Positions 51,756 through 52,950 of a DNA stretch of 52,950 nt are shown in pieces; position 1 is the first letter of the stretch; each line of letters opens with the position of its first letter. Source of the DNA: Burkholderiales bacterium (GTDB lineage: Bacteria > Pseudomonadota > Gammaproteobacteria > Burkholderiales > SHXO01). The translations under genes and the position numbers were made by a program. The notes below the pieces were generated by a model that saw only the letters and a list, made by a program, of their open reading frames with translations, had not been told where the DNA came from and made no database searches. The stretch lies in assembly GCA_036554965.1 (NCBI GenBank), contig DATBMG010000026.1, forward strand, positions 1 through 52,950, read 5' to 3'.

Positions 51756-52950
51756 ACGGGGCCAGCGTCGAGATCAGCGCCCGGGACATCACCGCGGCCG
51801 CGGCGGTGGGGCTGCGCGCGGGAGCCGCCTACCCGAACTCCTACTGGCGCTCGCTGTTCTACTTCAACGTCTACCGGCTGATCGTCGCCACGCTGCTGCT
51901 GGTCACCGCAGTGGTGTTCAGCGATTCGCTGTTCGGGTCGCGCAATCTCAACCTGTACCTGTACACCAGCGCCGCCTACATCCTGAGCACGGTGGTGTTC
52001 TTCGTCACCACCACCTCGCGCCGCCCGGACTTCAACCTGCAGATCGCCCTGCAGGTGAGCGCGGATGTCCTGTTCGTCACGCTGCTCACGTACGCCAGCG
52101 GCGGGGTGAGTGGCGGCCTGGGGCTGCTGCTCCTGGCCTCGCTCGCGGCGGCGGGCATCATCAGCCGCGGGCGCCTGACGCTGTTCTTCGCCTCGCTCGC
52201 CAGCATCGCCGTGCTGCTCGAGCACACCTTCGAGACGCTGTACCGCGACGGCACGGTCAACCTGTTCGTGCAGACCGGCCTGCTGAGCGTGGGCTACTTC
52301 GCCACCGCCTGGCTGGCGCACACTCTGGCGCGCTACACGCAGGCGAGCGAGCAGCTCGCCGCCCAGCGCGAGGTGGACCTGGCCAACATGGCGCAGGTGA
52401 ACCAGCTGGTGATCCAGGACATGCAGGACGGCGTGCTGGTGGTGGACGAGCGCGGCGTGATCCGCCAGATCAACCGCCGGGCGGTGGAGATCCTGGGTCC
52501 GATCCCCAAGTCGGGCCGCGAGCTGCTGCTCAAGGAGTACGCGCCGCCGCTCGCCGAGCGCCTGCAGAAGTGGCGCGAAGACCCGGGTGCGGGCTTCGAT
52601 CCGCTGCGCACCGTGCTCACCCACAAGCTCGCCGGCGCGCGCTTCGTGCCGGTGGGGCGCAACCGCAACGTCGGCGCGGTGGTGTTCCTCGAGGATCTGT
52701 CGCGCATCCAGGCCGAGGCGCAGCAGATGAAGCTCGCCGCCATGGGCCGGCTCACGGCCAACATCGCGCACGAGATCCGCAATCCCCTGTCCGCCATCAA
52801 TCACGCGGCCGAGCTGCTGCTCGAGGAGCCCAACCTCAACGAGACGCAGAACCGGCTGCTCACCATCGTCCACGACAACACGCAGCGGCTCGACCGCATG
52901 GTGCAGGACGTGCTCAAGCTCAACCGCCGCGACCGGGCGCACCGCGAGAC
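51752..52950 (+). CDS. PilS-like two-component sensor histidine kinase, N-terminal part (runs off the window)
   Basis: My own translation from ATG 51752 (open to the window end, so absent from the ORF track). Multi-TM N-terminus, PAS-like region (VIQDMQDGVLVVDERGVIRQIN) and H-box MGRLTANIAHEIRNPLSAI. Confidence 0.85.
   Translation, partial: MNGASVEISARDITAAAAVGLRAGAAYPNSYWRSLFYFNVYRLIVATLLLVTAVVFSDSLFGSRNLNLYLYTSAAYILSTVVFFVTTTSRRPDFNLQIALQVSADVLFVTLLTYASGGVSGGLGLLLLASLAAAGIISRGRLTLFFASLASIAVLLEHTFETLYRDGTVNLFVQTGLLSVGYFATAWLAHTLARYTQASEQLAAQREVDLANMAQVNQLVIQDMQDGVLVVDERGVIRQINRRAVEILGPIPKSGRELLLKEYAPPLAERLQKWREDPGAGFDPLRTVLTHKLAGARFVPVGRNRNVGAVVFLEDLSRIQAEAQQMKLAAMGRLTANIAHEIRNPLSAINHAAELLLEEPNLNETQNRLLTIVHDNTQRLDRMVQDVLKLNRRDRAHRE

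Overview
High-G+C, GC3-rich chromosomal segment. The synteny (ispB divergent from rplU-rpmA-obgE-proB, then tRNA-Pro and PP0621/PilS-like kinase) suggests a betaproteobacterium of Burkholderiales/Rhodocyclales type; that taxonomic call is inference. I support about 55 protein genes, one tRNA-Pro(CGG), several promoters and terminators, and six short tandem or inverted repeat elements. I see no transposase, integrase, CRISPR array, rRNA or recognisable phage-defence or toxin-antitoxin genes.

The right-hand 7 kb is housekeeping core. The region from about 2.5 to 45 kb is a mosaic of transport, redox and catabolic genes:
- TRAP and TAXI-TRAP transporters, a phosphodiesterase pair, and a molybdenum hydroxylase operon fused to a crotonase.
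- LLM (luciferase-like monooxygenase)/PhyH/FAD oxidoreductases.
- Signs of rearrangement: a truncated mgsA, a MORN protein missing its peptidase domain, an internally deleted alpha/beta hydrolase, an IorB without IorA, and an orphan ABC-transporter binding protein.

Candidates most worth a second look:
1. A rubrerythrin / HdrD-like CCG iron-sulfur protein / DUF3501 cluster. It sits behind a near-consensus promoter, an 8-1-8 palindrome and three 23-nt leader repeats.
2. Two 24-nt tandem arrays of the same design, each starting in the last codons of one gene and running to the start of the next (GDPD to NPP-type phosphodiesterase; CFA synthase to CNP1).
3. A roughly 128-nt CTAG/GATC-rich long inverted repeat in the obgE leader.
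4. A TTC38-like ORF that runs in frame, with no stop, into a 4-oxalocrotonate tautomerase gene.
5. A DUF2141 / LemA / DUF2207 / PDZ-protease envelope cluster.

All family assignments come from motif recognition by eye, not from searches. I cannot show that any of these is truly undescribed.
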